Assembly (NCBI GenBank): GCA_030390025.1
Contig: CM059432.1
Coordinates: forward strand, 45,758,001-45,822,000
Direction of reading: 5' to 3'
Length of the DNA stretch: 64,000 nucleotides
From: Squalus acanthias
Lineage: Eukaryota
Position 1 is the stretch's first letter; every line of letters starts with the position of its first letter. Below the pieces are notes generated by a model. That model searched no databases and was not told where the DNA came from. It saw only the letters and a list, made by a program, of their open reading frames with translations. A program made the translations under genes and the position numbers. Below, piece after piece: positions 47,895-59,660 of this stretch.

Positions 47895-48105
47895 GCAGAC
47901 TGCTGCTGGTGCTGGTCCTGCTGCTCCTACTGCTGCTGGTGCTCCTGCTTCTGCTGTTGGTGCTGGTCCTGCTGCTCCTACTGCTGCTGGTGCTGGTTCT
48001 GCTGCTCCTACTGCTGCTGGTGCTGCTGGTGCTCCTGCTTCTGCTGCTGGTGCAGGTCCTGTTACTGCTGGTGCAGGTCCCGCTGCTCCTGCTGCTGCTG
48101 CTGGT
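47895..48105. repeat. CTG/CAG-derived minisatellite in the transposase N-terminus
   Basis: Repeats of GCTGCTGGTGCTGGTCCTGCTGCTCCTACT-like units; reads Q/H/E-rich on the minus strand. Confidence 0.85.
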
Positions 48106-50942
48106 CATCTTGAACCTCATCTGAGGTCCAAAGTAACACAGCGTACATGGCACCCCTGCTGATCTGATAGATCAGAGCTCCAAAGTGCAGATCAGACATC
48201 CAAACCTCCAAAGTGTAGATGACATCTCCAAATTGTGTAAAGTAACCTCTCAGCACAAGTACTGTGAACAAACCCTTTCCCACAAGCAGGTAACAAGGCA
48301 GCCGTGTGTACTGAGTACTTATTGGCATATTTCCCTGTCATGGTTTCAGCCCCCTCAATTGCCACTGTCTCCTCCCCTTGCTTAGTTCCAGGAAGCCCGG
48401 GAAATCCATGGAGCCAAAGTTAAACTGCAAAACCCACGTAAATATCGCTCTAATTGAGCAATTAACATATTGAAATTAACAACACGCCTCTCTCTCTCTC
48501 TCGGGGGTTGCACACACGCAGCCTCACACGCTGGAGTGAAATGCAGAATTCAGTGGGTTGGAGCCGGCTTCCCGACATGCTCGCATTTTTCCTGGATTTC
48601 ACCCCGCAGCCGCACTCAAACCCATGCGCTCACCCGCATTTAAATCACCCCCACGTTTAAAGGTGATTTCAGGTTTACATACATTTCTTTATTGTATGAA
48701 ATAAGTAATTAAAATCTGTACAGCAATGATCAGAGATGTTCGTAATCAAGCCACTGTTGATATGCCAGAAGCCAGCAGGGAGCAGTCATGATTTGCAAGT
48801 GTAAGTATAGCAACTAAGGCTTGATATTTCTGGGTTTTGTACTCTGACAGTGGCCATTTCCAGGGTGCAGTACATTATAACAATTGAAGCAGTCCTGTTG
48901 TGCTCGGTCTGTGCACCCATAGTATTTCCTCCTGTTTTATGGCCAGCACGTCATTGAACCTCAGGAAGGCATTGGGATGAAAATAATATGCACGTCCCGG
49001 CGATGCCACCCTAACCTGCACTTCTGCTGGTTACAGGCCAGGTGCCTCTTGTCCGCACTTAAACCGTGCTCTGTGGGCCAGGGAAGTCGTCATTTTAATC
49101 GCTGACACTGAGGCTTCCACTATTGGAATTAACGTGGTGGATTTTGAACAGTACTGGAGTTGAAACTTTCTAAAGGATTCGCGGTGCTGGTCATTACTGC
49201 AAGCTTTTAGGCCCAAAAATCTGCAGGGTCGTTTATGTTGTAGTAATGCCGATGGGGCAGGGCTTGAACTCACCGGGGAAGTATGTCGCTGACCCCACTG
49301 GAGGTCATGGGGTGGAATTTGTACTGCAATGTTCCAAGGATAACCTCATCACACTGCTTGTTGACTTTCAATAGTTTACCAACTATGACTCCCCCCCCAC
49401 CCACCCTGCACCCCCACCACACCTACCCAGGTCCCTATCCTGCTCTGTAACCTTTAGTCATAACCCTTGCATTGTATACACATTCCTAGAGTTTACCAGA
49501 CCAAATTACATAAACTGCCTTTACTACATTGAAGGACATCTGCCACACATGAGCCCATTCCCCAACATATCTAAATCAATCTATAACCTATATATTAGAT
49601 CTAAGTTCACATCATCCGTGCACACTTTTATCTCATCTGCAACCTTGCATTCATCCAAATCATTTATAAAACTGGTAACAGCAATGGTTCGAACACAAAT
49701 GCCTACCAGTCTCCACTGGGAATCTGGGCCCATGCAAATCTACTCCCATTTATGATGAGTCTCTGTCTATGAGATTGCAACCTGAAGCCTATCCAGCATA
49801 ATCTCTGACCCCATATGGTGAAATCTTACCCTTTACAGAAAGCTATCTGGAAATCAAGTTGTACAGCATCTACTGGACTGCCATCATCCAGTAATTTGGT
49901 TACTTCCTCGCAGAAGTAAGTGCCTGATCACATTGTAATGTTAGATGCTTATTTGGAAGCATAGTTTGTCATGCTTTCAGTGGCACCGCAGGGTGATCAT
50001 TAGCTAGTGTGCCCTGATGGTCTGTACTCATGAGTTGTCATCATCATCATCTCTGCAGGCCCTGACACACCTGCCTGGCAATGACCAATGGGAGCTGTCT
50101 TCACAGGATCATGAGAAAGTCACATGCAAAGCAGTGCCATCTGCTGCAAGGGCACATCTAGCTGCCATGCAGCATAGGCCTGGCATATTCAGTGCCAGTA
50201 ACGGTTAACTGCGGCCTGAAACTTAGACCTACTTCCTTTCAGGCATGTTGCAATGCTAGCTTATGGGGTTGATGTTCTGAAGTGGAACAGAGAGCAACCC
50301 TCCTTACCACCAGCTGTGCACCACCACCACCACCATTTTAAGCTTGTATGCTGGACCACTCCATCATTTACCTGCAGACTCACAGCTGCACCTTTATTTT
50401 CCATTCTATTCATTTTTCCTTTCCGCTTCAGCCTTGATAAAGGCTACTGGTGAATTGAGATGCTTTTTGAGCCTTTCCACCCGATTGTGACACTGCCCTT
50501 TAATTGTCCCAATTCCTTTAAATTCTACCTGCATACAATTTTCCAATTCCTCCATGAGTGTTTTCCCTGCAATAATCCAAATCTGTATTTGGAGATAGGC
50601 ATGATTCTGATATTGAGCTGGCCTGGTAAAATTGGGGATGAATAGCACTATTCCACTCATGTTAGAACAAAACCCATTTCTAACCATTCAGGTGTAAATT
50701 GCGCCCACCCAATTGGCTCGTATCAGCTCCCTCAAATATACTCCCTGAACATTCACAGGCCACCTGGAAATAGTTGGTGCCCTTTCCACTAGGGGAGCAT
50801 CTAGGATGCCCACCATATAACCCAAGCTGGAAAGTGCAGTGTAAGTGACCTAACTGGAGGTGGTGCGGAGGTTGTTGGCTCCCCGCTCCAGGAAAGATGT
50901 TCCAGGTCCCACCGGCGGCTCTCCAGGTTGTATCTACATGTG

Positions 50943-51427
50943 AGAAGTTGCACAACACCAGGTTATAGTCCAACAGCTTTATTTGAAATCACAAGCTTTC
51001 AGAGCGCTGCTCCTTCGTCAGGTGAAGTGAAGAGATACATATCGGCACAGCACATATAGTCAGAGAACACTGCCAGATGATTACAGTTAATCTTTCTAAC
51101 TGCCCTTTATCACACCTCAGCAGAGAGATAATCACGGCAACCTGTTTGGTAATCCTGACTGACCTCTTTGGACACCATCCACACCTTTGATTGCCGTGAT
51201 TATCTCTCTGCTGAGGTGTGATAAAGGGCAGTTAGAAAGATTAACTGTAATCATCTGGCAGTGTTCTCTGACTATATATGCTGTGCCGATATGTATCTCT
51301 TCACTTCACCTGACGAAGGAGCAGCACTCCGAAAGCTTGTGATTTCAAATAAAGCTGTTGGACTATAACCTGGTGTTGTGCGAATTCTCACATTTGTCCA
51401 CCCCAGTCCAACACCGGCATCTCCACA
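50943..51427. mobile_element. Penelope pseudo-LTR fold-back (same family as 17097-20238)
   Basis: Inverted arms ~50937-51139 and ~51191-51393; 15-bp TSD TTGTATCTACATGTG; hammerheads at 51306-51342 (+) and 50989-51025 (-). Confidence 0.9.
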
Positions 51428-51877
51428 TTGTATCTACATGTGCCATTGAGTCAATTGGTACACCTGATCCCACCAGCGCTGACCATACATTGGGTCCTAC
51501 TGAAGACCCAGGATGTGGGAACACTGACGTTCAAGGTCTCTCGCCTCCCCTGGCCTTGCCTTCCCTTATGTTGATGCCCATGGTGGCAGTGGGCAGAAGC
51601 TCTGCCCCCTGTAATCCACCCCAGAGCCTTTGGTGGAATGGCTGCAGATTTTCAGGACTATTGGCTCCGCACCCAACCATTATATTCAAATATTCATCTC
51701 TCTGTCCTCCTTCCACATACCTGTGTTCTAGTACAGATAAATCCAGCCCATGGACAGTTCCAAAGCCTCAGTTAACCAAACTAGAGTTGAAGATTGAGGG
51801 ATGAAATTCTCTCCCTTCCAAGCATTCAAACTCAGCTTGTAAATGGTGTAGAAAATGTCACGATCAAGACTGGCCAG

Positions 51878-52040
51878 GGATCAATTTTAACTGTTCACAC
51901 TGGGCAGCAGCAGTTGACCCCAATTTTACACCCCCCCGATTTGAAGTCAATGGAAAGGAAAATCGGGCGGGGTGTAAAAACGGGTGGTCGACTCCCCCGC
52001 CACCTGTTTCCCGCCCAACGGAAAAGGTTAAAATCGACCC
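51878..52040. mobile_element. Short Harbinger-type MITE
   Basis: TIRs GGATCAATTTTAAC / GTTAAAATCGACCC; TSD CAG. Confidence 0.75.
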
Positions 52041-52471
52041 CAGTTTCAATTCATCTTGCTGACAGTCCAACACTCCAGCACTCAAAGATGCCCTATTTCT
52101 ATTATTCTTGACAGAACATTTGTAAGCTGTTAGGGGAGTGAATTCGGTATCGCCCCGTTTGGGGCGCTAAATTTTGAAATTGTGAAAAATTTGCGCCAGG
52201 CTCTAATGAGTCTGTGGTTTCCCTAAATTGACTTTTAGTGCTCCTGGAAAGAGCTGGAGCGCTAAATCAAGTGCGAATGATCTAAGCAGGATGCTACAGG
52301 GGCACTACCAGCTGAGCGATAATAAATTTCAGGTGCAATGCAATCGGGAATGATCCTTCACACTGGCTCCTTCCAGCTCTTAAAGGGGAGGTTGCATCAT
52401 TGTGCAGATCCTCATTATCAGCAGTGCTGGCTGTGAAGGCGACCTGCAAGGAACTCAATCCCCTGATCGTG

Positions 52472-54080
52472 ATGGCTGATCCCACTCCCAGGGAGCGAGC
52501 TCATCATTTCACGGACGAGGCATTGGAGGCTGGAGTGGAGCGAAGGAGGGCAATGCTGTTCCCGGACACTGGAAGGAGGCCATTGACCCAGGTCTTCAGG
52601 GCAATGTGGAGGGAAGAGGCCCAGGAGGTCTTGGCCAGTAGTGTGGTCGTACGCAGCCTGACACAGTGCCAGAAGAAATTCAACAACCTCACTCGGGTGG
52701 TCAAGGTGAGTACATGCTTCAACAGGTCCTACATACCATCATCGGAACCTCAGTCTGTACACACTGCACAAACCACCACACGCCCACCACTCACCCACCA
52801 AGCATCTGCACCTACTCAAACTTACATCCACATCTCACGCCTTGCCTACAATCACAGCTATTCAACTACGGCAGGCATATCTCCCAAACACATATCTGGA
52901 CTCTAACTCACACACATTAATTTCTCTTGCAGGCCAAGATGGCTCACAATAGGAGGGAGCAGCAGAGAACAGACGGGGTAATGCGCAGCTCCAGCAGCTC
53001 TCAGACCTGGAGGAGCGAGTGCTGCGATTCATTCGGCAGCAGGTGGTGGGCACGTGGCCATCGGCAACGTCGACCCTCTTGGGGGCAACAACGGTATGTT
53101 CATCTCCTCTCCTTCTCTCATCCTACTTCCCCTTCACACCACAAGCCTTTCCCACTTTCCAGCACCTGATACTGTCTGCATCCCTTGCTCACTTCCTGCC
53201 CATCTGCTGTCACCTTAAAGCAAGTCTTGTGCCTTTATGCTTTCAGAGAATCAGCAACCAGATGACCAGCCTGGCCCTGATCCTCCCACTGAGAGTGAGG
53301 AAGGAGAAGAGGAGGAGGAGCAAAGCACCGCGTCACTGCATCTCTCACCCACAGGCACCACCTCAGATACTGGCACTACGCGATCTTTAGAGGCAAGTTT
53401 AGTAGAGGGGTCTGCCCAGGGTGATACACCGGGGACATAAGGGCTGCAGCAAGACCAGGGGGAAAGGGTAGCTTGGGAGCCAGCTCCTCGGAAGGCGAGT
53501 TCGTGCGCGAGTTCTGCTGCGCAGGACTCAGATGAGGACCTCGATGTAGAGGCATTCACAAGAAGGGTGATGGCCATGCACACCGAGATGATAGGTGCAA
53601 TGGCAAGGGTGCCCAAGAGCCTGTCGGCAATGGTAAGGAGCATGGAGGAGTCCACCTCCAACATTGCACACAGCTCTGCGCACACCATGGAGCCCATCAC
53701 TTCCAGTCTGCAAAGGATGGTGGACTCCCTGAGAGACCGTGCGGATCCAGACCTCATGCCGCATTTCATGGCAATGAGGCAGCATCCATTGCAGCACAGG
53801 CAGAAGCTACGCAACGTCTTAGTGCTGTAATGCAGCCAATGGTTGGTGCCACCCAGTCTCAGACTGCTCTCATGCAGTCTCAGCTTGATGCCACAAAAGC
53901 TCTGATTGCTGCCAGTATCGCTGGGCGTCCTGCAAGGCCATCTGTAGTTTCTGGGACCGACACTCAGCAGCCTTCCACCAGCCCTGCTGCAGCCACTGGG
54001 GAGACACTACGTAGGAGCACTAGATTAGCAAAAGGCACTGTAAAGAAGGCAAGTAGGGTTTGCACAAGGGTGATTAGTTA
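52472..54080 (+). pseudogene. Myb/SANT-like DNA-binding protein of element C; exons 52472-52705, 52933-53093, 53247-~54080
   Basis: MADPTPRERAHHFTDEALE...W......RSLTQCQKKFNNL; canonical AAG|GTGAGT, TTGCAG|, G|GTATGT, TTTCAG|; frameshifts and stops present. Confidence 0.88.
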
Positions 54081-54239
54081 ATATTGTTGTTGTATATATG
54101 TGCTTACTGATTGTGTATACATTTATTATTGGAATGTTGCAGAAATGGTGCTGTGTCTCATTTCAGCTTTGGGGTGTGGTATGGAATGAGAAATTGATGG
54201 AATGATGGGGACTGGATGAGCAACCGGGAAGTGGCCTCG

Positions 54240-55388
54240 AATTAATTGGAACCACAGTCTGATGAGGCGGTCACAGACTGCCCTTCCACAAGGCTGATGA
54301 AGTGGCTGGATCCTCCGTCGCTGCTGTTCGTGCTCCTGTTCCTCCTCCTCATCCTCCTCCCCCTCCCCCTCTTCCTCCTCCTGAGGTGGTGCGGCTATGC
54401 CTGGTGGCAATGGCTCCATCCTCATGATGGCCAAGTTATGCAGCATGCAGCAGACGACAACAAAAAGGGACACCCGCTCATCCGAGTACTGGAGAGCTCC
54501 TCCCGAGCGGTCAAGGCAGCGGAACCATTGCTTGAGCATGCCGATGGTCTGCTCAATGATGTTCCTGTTGGCAGCATGTCTCTCATTGTATGAGTGTTGG
54601 GCACGAGTGCTGGGGTTGCGGATGGGAGTCATGAGCCAGGTGGAGAGCGGATAGCCCTTGTCTCCCAGCAGCCATCCGCTAGCTTGATGTAGTGGCTGGA
54701 AGAGTGCTGGCACACCGGTCTGGCGGAGGATGAAGGCATCGTGGCTGCTGCCAGGATAGCGGCCATTGACGGTGAGGATGCGCCGTGTGTGGTCGCAGAC
54801 CAACTGCACATTAAGTGAGTGGTAGCCTTTGCGGTTACGGAATACCTCAGGATTGTTATGAGGTGCCCGCCAAGCGACATGTGCAGTCAATGGTGCCCTG
54901 CACCATGGGGAAGCTCGCTATCCTGGCAAAGCCACGTGCACGCTCACGCTGCTTCTCTCTGGTCATGGGGAAGGAAATGTAGTCCCTTCTCCTTCTGTAG
55001 AGAGAATCTGTGACCTCGCGAATGCAGCAATGGACGGCGAACTGCGATATGTTAGATATGTCTCCTGTTGCACACTGGAAGGATTCGCTGGCGTAGAAAT
55101 TGAGGGCGGCGGTTTCCTTGGCTGCCACTGAATGCCGTGGTGGTCCTGATGTGAGGCTCGAGGTCTGGCTGCAGGAAGAGGCAGAGCTCTGTGACCACCT
55201 CCTTGGTGAAGCAGAGCCTTCTAAGTGAGATTGATGTAGGAGAAATGCTGCCGGAATACCCTAGGAGGGTAAGGCCTCCAGTTGAGAGCCTGGTTGGCTC
55301 TCCTCCCTCTGGCCACATTTTGCAATCTTTCTCTTTGCCTCCGATGGTGATGCTGGAGGGCGAGGTCCAATGCCAGTACAGCCCCCAT
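54240..55388 (-). pseudogene. HARBI1-type transposase of element C
   Basis: [56 protein letters not shown]; frameshifted. Confidence 0.93.
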
Positions 55389-56253
55389 TAAATAATAGAA
55401 ATCTTGCACTATCAAATGTAACCCAAATGAAAGTGATAAATTTTTCTCAGCCAGAATACTCCATCAAGTTGAGAACGCTCAAATCGCTCAAAACGCTTGT
55501 TTGCTTCTGTCAAACTGACAAGGCAGCATTCTTTGCCGACAAAAAAAACCGGAAGTTGATGCCTTTAAATAGCGCTCCTCCAGCGCTCATCTGACTGCAT
55601 TCGGCCTCCTCTACCTGTCGTTGCTAACGGCAGGCGCTCAGGCAGGGGGCGACAGTGAATTTCAGAGCTGGGGCGCTGCGCACCCGGATGACATCACGAT
55701 CTCCGGGTGCAGGAGATTGTGGTGCTGGTGGTTACCGCCGCCACAAACCTCCACTTCAATTTCGCAGGTGTCGGTACTATCGCCGCGTCCGGTCGCAAAG
55801 CCGGTAGTGCCCCGTTAGCGCCCCCAGAGGCTCTAACGGGAGGCACTAAGGTGCCCAATTTCTCCCCCTAGATGTTAAATTACAATTTAATTTATTTTTT
55901 CTATTTTCAATTCACCTCCCTTCCCATTTTTCAACTTCTCTGTAGTGTACATCAGTCCCTGGTCCATAAGTTACAGTTAATGGGGGCTAAATTGGATAAG
56001 GCCCAAAAATGGGCGAGGGGATCGCGATGCGCAATCTGCCCGCACCCATTGAAAGTAGTGCAGGCAGCACGCGAAATTCATGCTGCCTGCTCATTAACAT
56101 GATTGGTTCAGCGCTCAACAGGGGGCTCAATATCGTGGGAAGTCTGCTCTCTATTTAAAGGTTGCCTGCAGAGTGAAAGGCTGTCTGCATTTCTTAAAGG
56201 GGAGGTACTTTGTGAGAGACGTACCTCATTCTGACTGGAGCTGGAAGTTAGCA

Positions 56254-58105
56254 ATGTCTCAACAGGGCAGAGAAAGGGCACCTCGGTTCTCTGATGCAGC
56301 AGGGGGTCTACAGAAGGAGACAGGTGCTCTATCCGCAGGGGGGCAGGCGGCAGTGGGAGGAGATCATTGAAGTGGTCAGTGCCTCTAGTCTTTTCCCCAG
56401 GACATGGATCTAGCGCAAAAAGAAGTTTAATGACCTCACACGAGTGGTCAAGGTGAGTGAATGCATCTTCAAATGCCATATCCCACCAACTGCACCACTA
56501 ACCTCACACACTGCTCAATGCATCATTCACCTACCAACAATCTCTAGCAATCACAACTCATACCTCACAATCATAGCTTCACTTCACCCTCACACACTTA
56601 CCACTGCTGCAAGCCTCACATCCACAACTCACACCTTACACAAAATGCCAGCTATTCAACCATGACAGGGACATCACCCAAACACATTGCACCATACTCA
56701 CTGACAAACTTCCCTTTCTCTTGCAGGCCAAGGTGGCTCACAACCGGTGCGAGCAGGAGCAAATAGGCGAGAGGCAAGGACGGCTGCAGAACCCGACCCA
56801 GCTGGAGGAGACAGTTCTGGAGATAATTGAAGGGGCCGTCACTATGGCCATGGTGAGCGGCAACATTGAAAACATTGATGGTGACAGTATGCTCATACTA
56901 ATCCTTCTTCTTACATCCCACTGCCCGCTCATCCCACAATCTCTTCTCACTTACAAGCTGCTGATGGTGTAAGCATGCACATCTGACTTTCACCCCCTCC
57001 CCTCACCACAACCCGACCTTCCTTTCAGATACCCAAGAACTGCCACCAGCCCAGCCTGTGGAGGAAGAAGTAGAGGAGGAGAGTGATGGAGAAAAAGAGA
57101 CAGCATCACTCGATCTAACACTCCCAGGCACCAGCTCAGTAAATGGCACTGCGCAAACTTTAGAGGGCAGTATAAAGGCGAGATCTGCATGTGGTGAGTC
57201 ACGGGGCACGAGTGGGCTACAGCCAGGCCAGGGAGAAAGGGTAGCACAGGTGCCAGCTCCCCAGAGGGTGAGGTCTCACATGAATTCTGCTGCACAGGAC
57301 TCAGATGAGGACGTCGATGGAGCGCGCCTTCAGAAGAAGGCTGATGGGCATGCACACAGAAATGCTTGGTGCAATGGCAGGCTTTCCAGAGAGCTTCTTG
57401 TCAGTGTCAAGGTGCATGGAGGAGTCTGGCTCCAATATTGCACAGGGCTTTGAGTGGAGCTTGGAGCCCATGATTTCCAGGATGGAAGTGATGGGCAACA
57501 CCATTAGGGCACTTGTGGACCCAACCATGATGCTGGGTGTGATGGGCGATGTCTCAGCTTCCATTGCAGCACAAGTGGAAGCAACCTACCATCTGAGTGC
57601 TGCAGTGGAAGATGAGACTGCTCTCATGCAGGCTCAGCTTCCTGCCACGCAAGCTCAGACTGCTGCCATCGTGGCTGGGTTTATGAGTGTGGAAAGGGGC
57701 TTGCAGGATCTCACAGCAGTCCAGCAATCTGTCCTCCAACAGATGGTTAGGAATGCTTAGGCGCCGCACCGAGGGAGTGGCAGTGGTTCCGTGGAGCAAG
57801 AACCTACTATTCTCTCTCAGGATGACAGCATTCGTACTTCCACCACTACCACTGCGCCAGTGCCATTGCAGTTGCCCGTCAGCGAGCCAGCCCAGACTGC
57901 TGCCGACCATGCTGCGTTGATGCAGTCTACAGCCGGGCCCTCTAGGCCCAAAGCTGTTCGAGGCCATCTGCAGTGACCCCCATGGAAAGTCAGCAGCCTT
58001 CCACTAGCTATGCTGCAGCCACTGGGGTAGCACTTCGTAGGAGCACTAGAATAAGCAAAGGAACACGAAAGACAGACACTAAGGGAATGCATAAGGGTGT
58101 TTAGT
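56254..58105 (+). pseudogene. Myb/SANT-like gene of element D; exons 56254-56452, 56727-56886, 57029-~58105
   Basis: MSQQGRERAPRFSDAA...KKFNDLTRVVK|AKVAHNR; same intron positions as element C. Confidence 0.86.
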
Positions 58106-58273
58106 TGACTTTGTAATGTAATATTGGAATTAATCATTTATAAATTATGTTTAGAATGTTTGTTTTGTGGTGGCTTTCAACTCAGTATTGCGCCCAAGAG
58201 AACGCTGTGATGTTCCATGAGAGAGGGATGGTAATGTGGGGAAGTGTTGAGCAACGGGGATCTGGGGATTTAT

Positions 58274-59369
58274 TCAAGGAAATCGGAGTCTAATGTTGCA
58301 CTCACGGACAGCCCGTCTGGAACGGGGATTTGCAGGCTGCCTCCTCCCTTCCTCCTCCTCCTCCTCTTCCTCTTCTTCCTCCTCTTCCTCTTCCTCCTCC
58401 ACCTCCTTCTCCTGAGGCAGTCGCGGAACCCGTAGTGGCAAGGGCTGCGGCCTCATCATGGCCAAGTTATGGATGATGCAGCAGACCACCACAAATTGGG
58501 ATACCCATTCCAGTGAGTATTGAAGAGCTCCTCCTGAGCGGTCAAGGCAGCGGAACCGTCTGCAATGGTCTGCTCGATAAGGTTCCTTGTGGCAGCATGG
58601 CTCTCATTATATGATTGCTGGCACGAGTGGTGGGGTTGCGGAGGGGAGTCATCAACCAGGTGCAGAGCGGATAGCCCTTGTCTCCGAGCAGCCATCCTCG
58701 GGTTCAACATGGTGGCTGGAAGATTGCTGGCACAGCGGACTGGCACAGGATGAAGGCATCCTGACTACTGCCAGGATACCGGGCATTCACCATCATGATG
58801 TACTGGGCGTGGTCGCACACCAACTGCACATTAAATGAGTGGTAGCCTTTGTGGTTATGGCACATCTCAGCATTGATATCCAGCACCCGCAAAGCCACGT
58901 GTGTGCAGTCGATGGCACCCTGCACCATGGGGAAGCCCGATATCCTGGTGAAGCCACATTCACAGTCCTCCTGCTTCTCTCTGATCAGAGAGAAGACAAG
59001 GAAGTCCCTTCTCCTAGAGTACAGAGCCTCTACGGCCTCCCGGATGCAGTGATGGACGGTGAACTGTGAGATGTTTGCTATGACGCCTGTTCCAGTCTGA
59101 AAGGATCCGCTGGCAAAAAAAATTTAAGGCCACGGTCACCTTGAGGGCCACGAGCAGAGCCGTTGTCTCCCTGCTCTGAGGCTGCAGGTCTGGTTGCAAG
59201 AGGTGACAGAGTTCTGTGACCATCTCCTTGCTGAAGCGGAACTGCTAAATAAACTGCTCCTGGCTTAGGTGCAGATAGTAGAAGTGCTCCCTGAAGCTTG
59301 TCTTTGCTGCCTCTGCTCCATCTTGCTGCCATGCTGCAGCACGAGGGGGACTGCAACTAGAGACCCCAT
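58274..59369 (-). pseudogene. HARBI1-type transposase of element D
   Basis: GAIDCTHV, HKGYHSFNVQLVCD, PGSSQDAFIL, CCIIHN and an acidic tail; frameshifted. Confidence 0.92.
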
Positions 59370-59660
59370 GACTGGGAGCAAGTAGTGTAGTCAGAAGCCT
59401 TCCAATTGCAGCCAACGCATTTCAACGTCCAGCAGCACTCCCTGTACACTTTAACAATGTTATAAATTTCTTCCAGCAAGCCGGTTTATTGATAAACTCT
59501 GCAAGAGCCAGTACAAGAGAAATAATCAAATTACCTGCAAATTGGAAGTATCCCTTTAAATAGCGCTGGTGGGGGGGTTCCTCATGCGTGCGTATTTATG
59601 AGAGGATGTCGATTGGAACGACGACGTCCAAAATGGCAGGTCGTGCGTCAAATCAGCATT

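Larger units (their letters stand above)
45675..48150 (-). pseudogene. HARBI1-type DDE transposase pseudogene (element B)
   Basis: GFPQVQGIIDCTHV, NRKCFHSINVQLVC, PGSCHDAFVL, VCCALHN; broken by frameshifts and by the LTR. Confidence 0.92.
44243..48652. mobile_element. Harbinger element B, left end missing, with a nested MITE and solo LTR
   Basis: Myb-gene 3' remnant at 44243-44444, transposase pseudogene on the minus strand, and right TIR-like TAAATCACCCCC. Confidence 0.8.
52134..55868. mobile_element. Full-span two-gene Harbinger element C (non-functional)
   Basis: TIRs GGGAGTGAATT / AATTTCTCCCCC; TSD TAG; convergent Myb and transposase genes. Confidence 0.92.

Noticed and set aside
47816..48162. 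Poly-Leu and Ala/Gly-rich ORFs
   Set aside because: Alternative frames of the CTG minisatellite.
54126..54890. Domesticated HARBI1 host gene
   Set aside because: Frameshifted, inside TIRs with a Myb partner, and with multiple decayed relatives nearby.
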